Shown piece after piece: positions 14,069 to 26,562 of a DNA stretch of 64,000 nt; position 1 is the stretch's first letter; the number at the start of each line of letters is the position of its first letter. The notes under the pieces were generated by a model, which ran no database searches, was not told the DNA's origin, and saw nothing but the letters and a program-made list of their open reading frames with translations. This DNA is from Azolla caroliniana. Taxonomy: Eukaryota > Plantae > Polypodiophyta. Made by a program: the position numbers and the translations under genes. The DNA lies in contig JBHGNT010000008.1 in the NCBI GenBank assembly GCA_043228905.1, positions 16,740,001 to 16,804,000 on the forward strand. Reading direction: 5' to 3'.

Positions 14069-14274
14069 GAATAGCCATAGCCAAGTCTAGCCTTTTAGCT
14101 TCTTCTGTTTGCTTTGATTTATAGCATATACATACATACAATACAAATTACAATACAATACATACATATATTGATATGTGTAATGTATGTTTTTTTGTGT
14201 TGTTTTTATTATGCATTATTAGAAGAAAGAGGAGAGTAGGAATCAAAAGCAAACAGCAAAGAAAAAAGCTTTTC

Positions 14275-14482
14275 TTGCTCATCTTCTTCATCTTCCTGCT
14301 CTTCTCCTTCTTCTCCTTCTCTTTCTTCTTCTTCTTCTTCCTGCTCTTCTGCTTCTGCTTCTTTTTCTTCTTCTTCTTCTTCTTCACCATCACCATCACC
14401 ATCACCATCAATCATCTTCATCTTCTTGAAGATTCCATCTCTCTCTCTCTCTCTACACCCACACACCCACACACCCACACAC
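14275..14482 (+). repeat. pyrimidine-rich microsatellite cluster (TTC)n/(CACCAT)n/(CT)n/(CA)n upstream of the TOM1 ATG
   Basis: Directly visible low-complexity sequence in the probable promoter/5' UTR. Confidence 0.8.
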
Positions 14483-14734
14483 ATGTATGTATCATATATC
14501 TGTTCAGAAATGAGCACAATGTAGCTCTTGCTTTTATGGCCCCTGTTTCCAAATTTCCTCTGTTTCCTTCTTTCTCCTGTCCTCCCCAACTCTGCTTTCT
14601 CCCTCCCCTGTTTCTTGTAACATAGCTTTCCATATCCCCCCCCCCACCCCCTGTTTCTTGTAACATAGCTTTCCATATCGTGTTTGTTTTTTGGATTTTT
14701 TCTGAAATTGGGTTCTTCATAAAGACACCATACC

Positions 14735-17700
14735 ATGGCTTCTGGATACATTGATGGATGGCTCAGATGGTGGGATGGAGTGGGAGATTCTTCTGCTTGG
14801 CAAAATGGTGCTTATTATGGTCTCTCCTGTGCCTACGCTGCAGTAGGAACAGTGGCATTGGTTAGTAATACTCTCTCTCTCTCTCTCCCGCCTCCTTCTC
14901 TTAAATTTTAACTTTTTTTTTGTTATTCATTGAAAACAAATTGCACTTTCTTTCTTCTAGGTTTTCCATTAGTTCTTCATAAGAGACTAATGCACTGTTT
15001 TGTTCTCAAAACAATGTATCACTTGCCCATCATTAAAGAAGACCATAGGTAGATGCTGCCAAAGGTTTCTCTTAAATTTTAACTTCTTTTTGTTATTCAC
15101 TGAAAACAAATTACACTTTTTCTTCTTCTAGGCTTTCCATTAGTCCTGCATAAGAGAGTAATGCACTGTTTTGTTCGCAAAACAATGTACCACTTTCCCA
15201 TCATTAAAGAAGACCATAAGTAGATAATGCCAAAGGTTCCAATAATACCAGACAAAATTCCCGCAAACTGTAGTGATCAGCCATAAAACGTTTGATATAT
15301 CGGTCTGAAGATGGTTCAATAGTCTTAGCCAAGTTGCTAAGATGCAATATTCAGTATGTGCGTTCCTGATCCCTCGTGAATTACAACATACCTATGGATA
15401 ACCCAAACTATCATGTATATTACAACAACCATTGACATTTCCAATTAAGTCTTTCCCTTCCAAGTATTTTCAATTGTGAAGTTAAAAAGTTCAATAGACA
15501 TTTTTATGGACTTGAGCATTGTTTCCCCCGAACATTGGTCTAATTCACTAAGAAATTTCACGACTAGCCTTTTATATAACCATGAAACTCTTGGTCCATA
15601 TCCTGATGGTGTCCTGACTCATGAAACGGATGGATCAATGTCTGGTCTATTGATTCCTGAAGGTTATGGTATGCTCATATTGTAGAAGTCATCTGTTTTG
15701 GACCGCCATGAGATAACTGGAAAATTAGATGAGATTCACCTCCACATCATTAATCTTTTATAGTCACAGACGCTTCCAATAATAGAGAAGCTCTGGCGCT
15801 TGTCTGTATTTAAGCTAACTTTAGCTGTGTTTATGCCAGAAAAGATGTAGTAGGTAAACCCATCATAATAATCTCCATAAATATCATTGTAGCTACAAAC
15901 TATGCTTATCAAATGATCCAAAGGCCATGCTAAAGGCAAGAGGAACCTGAAACCCAATGATTCTGCAACGAAGAGCCATCAAAAGCATTATTTATGTTGT
16001 GAATGTCACAGTTTTTTAACCCCATTTCAGGCTTAAATGATAACTTACATACTAAAATCTTATGAGCATTCATTCATTAACAGTCTTAATCCACACAGGT
16101 TCAACTTATCAGAATTCAGTTAAGGGTCCCAGAATATGGATGGACTACTCAAAAAGTGTTCCATCTGATGAATTTTATAGTGAATACAGGTAATACCAAG
16201 TGTTTGTGGAAGTCCTATATTTTCAGTGCTGATTTCCAATAAATGTGTTGCTGATACTAACTTCAACCTTCTGCATTTCCACAGCTCGAGTTATAGTATT
16301 TGGATTCCACAACAAAGTTCTTGCATTCAAACCAACGGTGAGTCAAGGTTCTCATTTATTAGCATGTTAACCCCTCACATGGAGACTTGATTATTTTCAT
16401 CCTCCATTTCTATCCACTTTAAGCAATAGTTGTTCATCCATGGTTCCTGTATGGCTTGGGAGATTTAGAGATTTTTTTTTGTTTATAGTGTGCTATAGCT
16501 GGAGCTTCACAATCATGCCCCTATAAGTTATTGTTTTTTATGTGTATGTTCACACAGGGTCATAATGAGACTAGTACAGAGTTGGTTTACTTAATTATGC
16601 TAATTCAAGTTTTCTTGTTTGAGATTTCATCTGGACTCGACAATGTTGATTGAAAACCTGAAAAGTGCTCAAAGCAAGGAACTGTAGGATAGAGGCCCAC
16701 CATGATGGTGACAGTTTGGCTCTATCATGTTGGTCTTTGGAACTGGACTAGCGATAAATAGGGACATTCCTAATTCATTGTCAAAAGGAAGAGTCAACGT
16801 CATTGGAATCTTGGATCCTGTGGAGACTATTTTTTATAACTGTGTTGGTCCCCAGAATTCTTTCAATGCATGGTCAATGTTGCTTTGGCCATTATTGTCA
16901 AATTTCCCTTCCACATGAGTATTGCTGTCTAGCTGGCGTTTTTCAGAAGATTCATGCTCTTGCTTATGTAGATTTGGCTGAGTTTGTCCATTTTCCCTTT
17001 GTCTCCAGCTGTGTTGTCATTCGTTCATTGTGCACAGTGTTATGACTGAAGTGATCAAATTCTCTGGCTAAAATTTATGCACTTCTTGCAAAAAATGCCA
17101 TGTATACACTGGTGACACATCTCTCTACTCAATAATAAAGCTGAAGGATGAACACCAGAATGGCATACATAGATAGTGTTCTTCCTAACCTACTCCCTAT
17201 GACACAGTTGGCAGTTCCATTCTTTCATTCATTTGTGCGCATATCTGCTTATCTCAAATTTTTATTGATGTGATGAGATCCTAAGCTGCCTGATTACACT
17301 ATGTTGCGCATGAGATCGATGTGAATCCATATAATGCGGCCTGATTATAAATCCTGCAATATGTGTAAAACGAGTGGATTGTGATGGGTCATATTCCTAC
17401 CAAGACGTGTTGTGGGGCTGATCCATGTTTTTTCATTATCCAATTTAATGACATCAGCTTGGATCATTCTATACTTTTTCACTTTAGTTATGTTCAGGTG
17501 TGGACAATTCAATCTATATTGGAAATGAGGGTAGTTCATTTAAACTTATGCTGTGTGATTGGAACCATTGTTGCATTTCAGCAAATCAACAATGATTGTC
17601 CCCATTTTCAGCCACCTCTTTTGATGACCTAATTGCCAATCTTGAGTACCTTTGCTAAAGGAGCCCCTAAATCCATTGGATACTGTTCACTGATCAGAAT

Positions 17701-20700
17701 AATGCCTCGGTCACTATTGGGTTGCCCCCATCTCTATCCAGGTTATGCCATGGGGCACTGATGCTGTGCTCGTTATCATGCGTGCAATCATTGTGACGAA
17801 GGGTCTCTCTAACTCTGTGTAGTTATGAGACTTGTGAAAACTTGGTCCCCAAATTTCTACTCCATAGAGAAGAGTTGGTGTTACAAGTGTAGGAAACCAC
17901 AATTTAGTTTGTGATTTTTGGAATTGGATGTGCACATTGTCTTTCAAGGGTATCAAGGGCTGCATATTCACAAGAAAGTTGAGCATAGGTTAATTCAGGC
18001 AAGGGGAATCGAGGCCTTGTGAATGTTACTCTTGGATGTGTATATGCTACGTTTTCCTCTTCCAAGAAGAATTCTGGTTCTGACCTTGTTAGGCATGTGT
18101 GAGTGGTGTTAAACACCATCCCGTTAGCTTGATCAAGGTTGTCCGACAAATCCGTCTTTATACAAAATGAAGTTATAGCATGTAATGCCATCAACATAGA
18201 CCACTATTGGTATGGCTACCCTTTTTAAGCATGCTCCTGAACTACTCAATCTATTTATATGAAGATCAAAGAGGGTGGTTGATAGTGGGCATCCTTGTTT
18301 TATGATATTCGTACTAGCGATGACTTTTACCAACCCCATATGCGTGCACACTTTTGCGGACACTGATTCATATAGTGCATAGATCCCCCATTGCATATCC
18401 CCGACATCTGTCCTTAAGAGAGGCATTGTACTCCACATAGTCATGCGCAAGCTCTCATCGGTCATACACCATCTTGTGGCTCTTTTTTCTGTTACATTGC
18501 CACCTTTATTGGCAGCCATTTTTGTTCATTTGTTGCAACAAGCACTTGTGGCTTGTTTACTTTGTGGCGTGCTACCTGGATTGGTGTGAGATTTTCCTCT
18601 AAATATATATTCACCTTTGAGTTCAGTCTCTTGGATAGAAAAACTTTTTTCTTGTCTGTATCGATGAACCAGATGATCAAATCTTAGGACTAGATTCATC
18701 TCTACCCACTCGCTGTGCTGAAGCACTTGGAATATTCTATGCCCCAATCCTTATTCTGAGACTCCCAGCTTCTGCTCACCCAATAACTCATACATGTTGC
18801 ATGAGCTTTCTTTTCGGCTGCTCCTTCTAATTTGCATTCATCACTTCTAGCTTATTTACAGTTGCCCATTTTTGCATTTTGACTAATATTTGATTGTTTA
18901 TGATAATTGTGATGTGATGTGATGTTGCAGGAAAAGTCATACAATTCTGGTTTCTACTTGTCTAACTTCTGTTGCATTCCACTTTTTTTTAAGGCCTATT
19001 GTGTATTATGTCTCATGCGATTAACCTCACTGTTAATCAGTTGGCATAAGACATCATCTTTCCCCTTATCTGTGTCTAGTGAGACTTGCATATTGGATAT
19101 ATTATTTACTCTTCCTTTCCTTCTCCAGTATCTTCATGGTGACTTCCATATATCTGCCCTGTTTTTTGAGTCTCTCAGGTCTTAGCTTCATCATTAACAG
19201 TCAACTCAGAGTCTATGGTGTTCTAGAAAGATATTATTGTGGTTCCCTCCCTTCCTTTCCTTTTAGCATCTTCTTGGTGTCTTCCATATATCTGCCCTGT
19301 TTTTGGAGTCTCTCAGGTCTTAGCTTCATCATTAACAGTCAACTCAGAGTCTATGGTGTTCTAGAAAGATATTATTGTGGTTCCCTCCCTTCCTTTCCTT
19401 TTAGCATCTTCTTGGTGTCTTCCATATATCTGCCCTGTTTTTGGAGTCTCTCAGGTCTTAGCTTCATCATTAACAGTCAACTCAGAGTCTATGGTGTTCT
19501 AGAAAGATATTATGGTCAAGCAGTGAAAGTAGAGATTAATCCAGAGATTGGGTAGAGATTAAAGGAGATATGGGCAGAGATTAACAGGGATGTTGCAGAG
19601 ATTAGCACATAGATTAAAGTGGTCATTGACAAATAAAGGACATTATCATCGGGCCCCAAGGTGCTTACCTCACTGTGGAGATCTCTTTGTCTTGGAGCGC
19701 CCAAGTTGTAGTTCTTTCAAAGGCAGAAATTTCAGTTGAAGTTAGAATTGTAAGTGCTTCGTTTTTCAGTAGCTTATGTTCAATTATAGGTAGTAGTCTT
19801 GTGAAGCAGAAGTATCTAATTACTATTTTGGTAATTGGTTGACTGATGGAAAGCAGTGATTATGCTTCATGGTGCTGCCATGTTGGTCAATTCTTGAAGA
19901 ATAAATGGAAGAGTCTTTAGAAAACGAAAACTACAGTGTTTCCGTGTCTCGTTCTACCCCACATGAAGATTTGATTTTCAAGGAGTTAGTGAAGACTGAG
20001 TCTTTAGATAAATAAGTGAAGGATGGAATTGATTTGTTAGATGCTGGGTCAACCTTTTGGAATGTGTTGGAGAAAGAACGTGTGATAAATTTCTCATCGG
20101 TATTGGTCAAGTAGAGGTTTTTAAGAAAGGAGTAGAGAAAGAGATATAAAGATAAGGAGAAGTGAGAGGAGCAAAAAAGATTGATAGGTTAACCGTTTTC
20201 AATCTATTTATTTTACCATTATCAGGGATTGTTAACCATTCCGAAACAAGATACAACTGAGATGCTCTACAGCCTATTATAGCCTATCACTTCGAATGTA
20301 TCTTGGTGTATCATGCATAAGCAACCCCAACATTAGTGTATCATCAGTTGCTGTGGTTTGTTGTTCTTAAAGACGAGACAACATTTTAAGATGAAATTTC
20401 GAATTCAGTCTTATACGCTCTTTTGTCGTATTGAAGACATTAATATATCTTTCTTTCTTAGTAATACACCACTTTCACTTAACAAAAAGGTTGTTTGTGA
20501 GATCCGTGCGTAAATGTGTGCAAAGGAACCGACAATGCATGAGTAGTAAATTGGAAAGCATTCAATGGGTTTTTCTATGAGAACTCCCTTCCCATCCCAA
20601 TTATGTGTTGCAAAATGTTCTGTGCCAAAAGAAATTAAATAAAGAGACATATATCATGCATGACCTTTCTTGTGCAGATATTCAGATCAGTCTTCTTGGA

Positions 20701-23700
20701 TCTACCCATCTTGATATTCTTTTCAACATATACATTGCTCGTGTTATTTTGGGCAGAAATCTATCACCAGGTTAGTATGGAGGCAACTGCAGTACCTTTA
20801 GTTTGAGATGGATGAGCTTGAATATCTGATCTATATTTTTATTATTTCCAGGCAAATCATTTGCCCACTGAACGTCTTCGTCCAATCTTTCTTGGAATAA
20901 ATGGGACCATTTACTTCATACAGGTGATGTTAGGTGCATGAAATATATAGTGGTTGTATAGGAAGAAGGGAAAATGAAATTTGAGGAACCAACCCTGGAA
21001 TGCCCTTATGTTTATAGCTGTTTTTTGCTGAGATGGCAATATCATTTTTTGAGCTCCGAGCATTTGGGGAGAAAAAAAACAGAGATGCCCTCAGAAATAG
21101 TCATAAGCGTAAGGGTGTTCCTGAGTATCTGTCAAAATTCAGTCAGTATGAGTGTGACAGAGGTGTTAAGTTGTTCTTATCTTAAAATGTGGAATGATCG
21201 TCCAGGCTTCATATGGGTGTACAAGTGGTGTTCTTATCATGAAAATTGAAATGATTGTGTAGGCTTGCATATGGGTGTATGAGTGGAACTTTCCAGGTGA
21301 CTCTATAGCCTTGTATGCAAGGTTGTTTCTTTCAGGTTTGTTATAGCTATTTTGTACTACTGATCTCTTCTTGTTTAGTGCTAAATGAAATTCAGATATC
21401 GAACTTTATGATTGAGTGCTCTTTATCTTTCTTTCCTATTTTCAGCAATATCTTTGACTGCAGCTGCCGGATTCATAACCTATGGAAGAAAGTACTCGTT
21501 TCTGAAACTAACTGCGCAAATGTTTTTTATTTTTTCTTTGATCACGTGATTCACAAAACAAAGAATAACAATATCGTTATTTGGTGCATTTGTAGGCTTT
21601 TCATGGTTCTCCGGAGGTTTCCTATCGAATCCAAAGGTCGACAAAAAAAGTTAAAAGAGGTAATGTGTCCAATATTTCCTAATATTGATGTGCCCATTTA
21701 TACTAGAAAGGATAACAAAATGCAACAGTTAATGAAGCACTAAAAGGGAATGTAGTAAACTTGTTTGAAAGTTGAAACCCTGAATTAAGCAAAAGACTGT
21801 TGCTCTCACGCTAAATATCCGTCTGAACTGTGTGGTGTGCCATAATTCTGAATGAAACTCTATTCCTTTTTTCTGATTTCTATTTTCTTCTGTGTTTGGG
21901 ATGCACTCTAATGGTAAGTCAAGTTTGTCCTAAACCATGTATCTGGTTTCAAATCTCACTATATGCTTTACTTCACAAGATGCCACTGCAGATTGTTGGC
22001 ACCCCTGATTCTGAATGGAACTCTTTCTTTTTAGCATTATCTGTTGTTTTCTTATTAGGGATGTACCCTAATTTTACTAACCATGCACCTGGGTTCAAAT
22101 TTCAGTATATGCACTAATTTCCTAGATGCCACTGTAATTCAGAGGTTGAACTCATGAACTTTTGGTCTCTGCTTGAAAACTTACCAACTGAGACACAACC
22201 ATCTGGGCACTATCTATCGATCCTTTGCAGTTTTGCAATTGAGTCATACTATAGAATCTAGATGGCTAACTGCCAGCTTTTTGAAGATTGAATTCATTTT
22301 TGTTCAATCCACTAATGTGGCATGTACTTTTTAGGAGAAGTAATATATGGTATAGCAAAGATGTCCAAGGGAACATGCTCAATGGACCTATGGAGTTATC
22401 CATCTTGTAGGAATGAACAGTAAAACATGGTCAAAAGTTTGTCCATAGAACCAAAATTGAAGAACGTATTTCAATTGCACGAGTCAAAATGGTTCATTTT
22501 TTCTCCTATAGTTTAAATACTAGTTAGTGAATATGGGGATTCATTAACCCTTGGATATTCTTTTTCCTTTTGTTGACAAGCTAGGCATTCATGTCTTATT
22601 ATAATGATTGGTAACCTTAAATCGAGAAAGGTTGACACTTTTGATAAAGGTATGCAACCAGAGTTTGCATCATATAGATGGCATTACTACGATGACATAC
22701 TTTCCCTCAACATTTAGATGCGAGTGTGGAGTCCACCCACTCTCCAATCATTTAGGTTTTCTCATGTTTGTGCTAGAAAACAATTTGTTTATCTCTCGAT
22801 TTTGTAGGAAGTTTGTTTTTCCTTGAACTGCACTGAACCTTTTTATAATGGGATCTTAAAACTAAATTATACAAAATAATTGGAAATAAGTGTCACAGGT
22901 TCAGGTTAAAGGATCAATTGAAATTAAATTCTGGTACTACAAATTCAGATTTTTTTACATAATGTGTAGCTATCCATATATGTATATTGTGTAGCTTTTA
23001 GGAACTAAAGTGCTAGTTTGCAGTTAATGTAATGATCTCAAAGTTAAAATATGTGTGCTTTAGTGGTCTCAAGCTGACAGCCTTATGGTTGAAGCGCATA
23101 CACAAGCCTCACTAGTACTCCACTACACCATCGCATATACACATGACTTCATAATCCAAATGTGATTACTCTTTGCAGGTAGGCTTCGTTACTGGGATAT
23201 GCTTCACATGTTTCCTTATTAGGGCCATTGTGGTAAGTTATTTTTCTTGTCTTTGCCAAAAGGAAGTGGATCTTAAAAGAAAAGAAAAAAGGGAAAAAAG
23301 AGCAAACAAAACAGAAAAAGGAGAGAAAAGAATCTTACGGGTGTAGAGTTTAAATAAATTACTGATTGATTATAGATTGATCCATTTTTTATGTTTCCAG
23401 ATGGCATACTCGGCATTTGAAGAGTCAGCCAATGTAGATGCATTGAACCATCCTATCCTCAATCTCTTCTATTATGTGGTAAGCGCCATACACGTGTATA
23501 TCGCTATAAAAAATCTGCAAACATTCAAGCTCACATTTTGATAACCAATTATGTTTTTGGTAAGAATAAACAATGTCTGTGGCTTATAAAAGATGGCCAT
23601 ATTTTTAAGCTGACATTATTATCGCCTGAATACTTTCTGTTTCCTTGTAATGAATTGTGTGTTGGATCGGTCACCTTATTTGTGATTGAACCTCCATTTT

Positions 23701-23846
23701 GATTGATATTTTAGTTATCCTGATTTTACTATATATTTGTTCTTGACAATTTTTAACAGTTGGTTGAAGTTATTCCATCTGCATTGGTTCTTTTCATTTT
23801 GCGGAAGCTGCCTCCAAGGCGTGGAAATCCACAAACCATTCGATAA
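14735..23846 (+). CDS. TOM1: Tobamovirus multiplication protein 1 family (TOM1/TOM3/THH1) multipass membrane protein, 11 exons, 278 aa
   Basis: GT-AG exons 14735-14860, 16099-16189, 16285-16337, 20678-20770, 20852-20923, 21263-21335, 21446-21491, 21596-21659, 23179-23232, 23401-23478, 23760-23846 join in frame (837 nt). Family motifs [80 protein letters not shown]. Exact paralogue not resolved. Confidence 0.95.
14897..15238. repeat. ~170-bp tandem duplication in TOM1 intron 1
   Basis: TCTCTTAAATTTTAACTT...GCCAAAGGTT occurs twice in tandem (~14897 and ~15068) with scattered mismatches. Confidence 0.85.
17160..18830 (-). mobile_element. degenerate LINE fragment (RT and C-terminus) in TOM1 intron 3
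   Basis: Fragmented ORFs with [34 protein letters not shown] and [11 protein letters not shown], collinear with the copy at 43249-45272. Confidence 0.85.
19111..19513. repeat. three tandem copies of a 138-bp unit (TOM1 intron 3)
   Basis: Units start at 19111, 19251 and 19389; copies 2 and 3 are identical over their shared length and copy 1 differs in its first ~70 bp. Confidence 0.95.
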
Positions 23847-25549
23847 AATCCGGTTGAACAATCAGGCTTCTCGCACCTCTCTCTCTCTCTCTCCTCTCTG
23901 TTGATGTGCTTGGTAGCTTCCAAGGAATGGATAGACATCTATAGAGAAATTTTTTCATATAATTTGTGATCCCCCATTGGTGAAATATTGTATCAAGCTA
24001 TGTATTCGCCACCATGCGTCCGAGCATTGGCACAATTTTTTCTTTCTTGGCACAATTTTGGAAGGATGTGTAACCTAGTTTGACCAGAAACTAAACATCA
24101 ACAAAATTGTGAGGTACCTCACAAGGAATGTTCGTTTATTTGGATCAAAAATTTGGCTCAGACAACTTTGTTTGGCTGGGTCTTTGGGTTCAAGTGATGA
24201 AGTAAGCACAGACTGTGATAAGAGATTTTCTTCTCAAATAGATCAAAGCATCGAATGGAAGATATTTAAGTCAATGTGACGATAGTGCCAGATAAATAAT
24301 AAAGTATCCTGACCAATTGTTTTGTGAAAGGTGGTTGTCATTGATAGTCTAGCTAGTGTAAAATGTCTATTGTTATTGTTTGCTTGGCAAGTTATTTACC
24401 CTTTTATACTTGCAGTGGAACACTTGAATGATGATTGATAATATCGATAATTTATCAAACTTAGAGGTCGGCAGGACAAATATTAATTGTGCCCACCTTA
24501 ATTCCTTTATTTCCTTGATCAATTGAATTATTAAGATTGGTGAATGTTGTGATAGCTTGTCATGTTGGTGTTCATGATATGCTGTGCATGCTTTGCTTCA
24601 TATCCATCAAGCATGCGTAATTTACTAGTAAAAGTAAACTGTATGTATTCTTTTCTTATTCCACTTAGTATAAAAGTTGAATTTTTGTAAATTTTGGTAC
24701 TCGTGTAAACATGGTAAATGCACTTTTCTGGGTAAACTCAAAACTTTTTGAAAGTTAAATATGCTTGTGTAAACATGGTAAAGGTGCTTTTCACGAGGTA
24801 TTGTTTTGCTCAAACAATTGTTTTGGACATTCTTTGGACATCTATTGAACTACTGAAATATGCTTAAATTTACTTGTTCTATGTGAGTTGGGTGTGTTAA
24901 GATAGGGATCATTACAATTCAAAAGAGGAGGAATTGATGCATAAAGATCAAGGTCCATTGCCTATATGCTTTATCAAAGCACCACGCATTTGTATGTTTG
25001 CATCAATTATCATTGCAACAGAAGTTCGAAGCAAGATGTGTATTCTAGGACCTCAAGAATGTGTTTGAGTTTTAGCTATCCTAAAACGTTTCGAGTAAAA
25101 TGTGTGGGTGTAATACATGTTTTACGTAACTGATTTTTTGTGAATCTATTTTACGCAACAAGTATGATTACAATTTTTTGTGCTTGACCAACAACTATGA
25201 ATGCAATGTGTTGTGAGTTGCACAAAAGTATGAATACCATGTGTTTGTATTGATATCAATATTTGCCATGTTTTTCCTAGATTCTTGGCACCCAAAATTT
25301 GGCTTTGTCACAACTATCTAGGAGATTAACTGTGGAAAGTAGAATAATTGTTTGCTATAATGATGACAGAGATCTACCACATCTTACCCCATATTTGGAA
25401 AATTTGCATAATTCATTTACATGCATGTGTGGACATTGTAGAAATTTGTAATTGAGCTTTCATGAGCTGGACACTACTACAAAGAGGGAGCAACCGTACT
25501 TTTATCTAGATAAATGAATAAAATTTGGAAAAGGGATGACAAAAGAATA

Positions 25550-26520
25550 TCAATAGAAATAATTTGAATTATTTGCCATGGGAAATCCCATTGGAGTTTG
25601 GTTCCATACAAATCCATTTTCTTGGGGTGTAGCTTCTTTCTTGTTTTGTTCCTTCTTGTTTGTATCTTTCTTTTTTTGTTTCTTTTTGTGCTTGCCATTG
25701 TGATCATTTCCTTTTCTTCCACCATGCACTTCTAATTTTGAAAATGAGAAACTCCCTTTGGTGAGTCCACACATTGTTAGACCTGAAAATAGTTTCGAGA
25801 GAGAACATTATTTATGTTTAAGTTACCATTCACTCTTTGAATGAACTTCGGAACACTCATCCTTTGGACTGCTAATGTCTTAAAAGATAGAATTCACAGT
25901 GAATGCTTAATGCAAACATGTAATACTAGGCCTTTTGTGAAGATGGGTTGAGAAAGCCTTTTCCAACATCCTTGACCATATCACTTTTTAATACCTTAAA
26001 CTTGAAAAGTGCTTGATGTCATAAGCAAGGCAAGAAACATTGTAAATGATTAACAACGTTCCTTAATGATGTTCCCATTAAATATAGGAAAGAATTTGAT
26101 CCAATGTCATTCTCTACCCACGGGTGGATTGACTACTTGTAACTTTGATCTAAGGTTTAGTTGAACCTAGCAATATGTTTGTGTATCATAGGATAAATAA
26201 GCATCTATCTAGATTGTTTGTATAAGCATCTATTTTGATTTTGAGTTATTTAACTTCGTATCACTCTAGAGCTTCTACAGGTCTAGTTAGATTCATCCTA
26301 TGTCAAAAGTTTGGCAATGGATTGTTTGATTTCTCACTTGAACTATGTAACCATCACATGAAAGCTTGAATACTACAAGTTAATTGCTTTCAAATGGATA
26401 TTACAGTGGCTCAAAACTATGACTTCATATTAATTTGAAATTTGATACTACAGAAATGAAGTTGAAATGGACAGCCTTAAAAGTTGTTAGCTTGGATCTA
26501 GGAAAATATTTGGTATAGAT

Positions 26521-26562
<42 letters not shown>

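Noticed and set aside
14148-14751. Overlapping ORFs with poly-K/E/F runs
   Set aside because: Translations of microsatellites upstream of TOM1.
15240-15960. Possible decayed retroelement or pseudogene in TOM1 intron 1
   Set aside because: No motif could be identified with confidence.
19079-19555. 158-aa repetitive ORF
   Set aside because: By-product of the 138-bp tandem repeat in an intron; starts at a non-ATG codon and has no recognisable motif.
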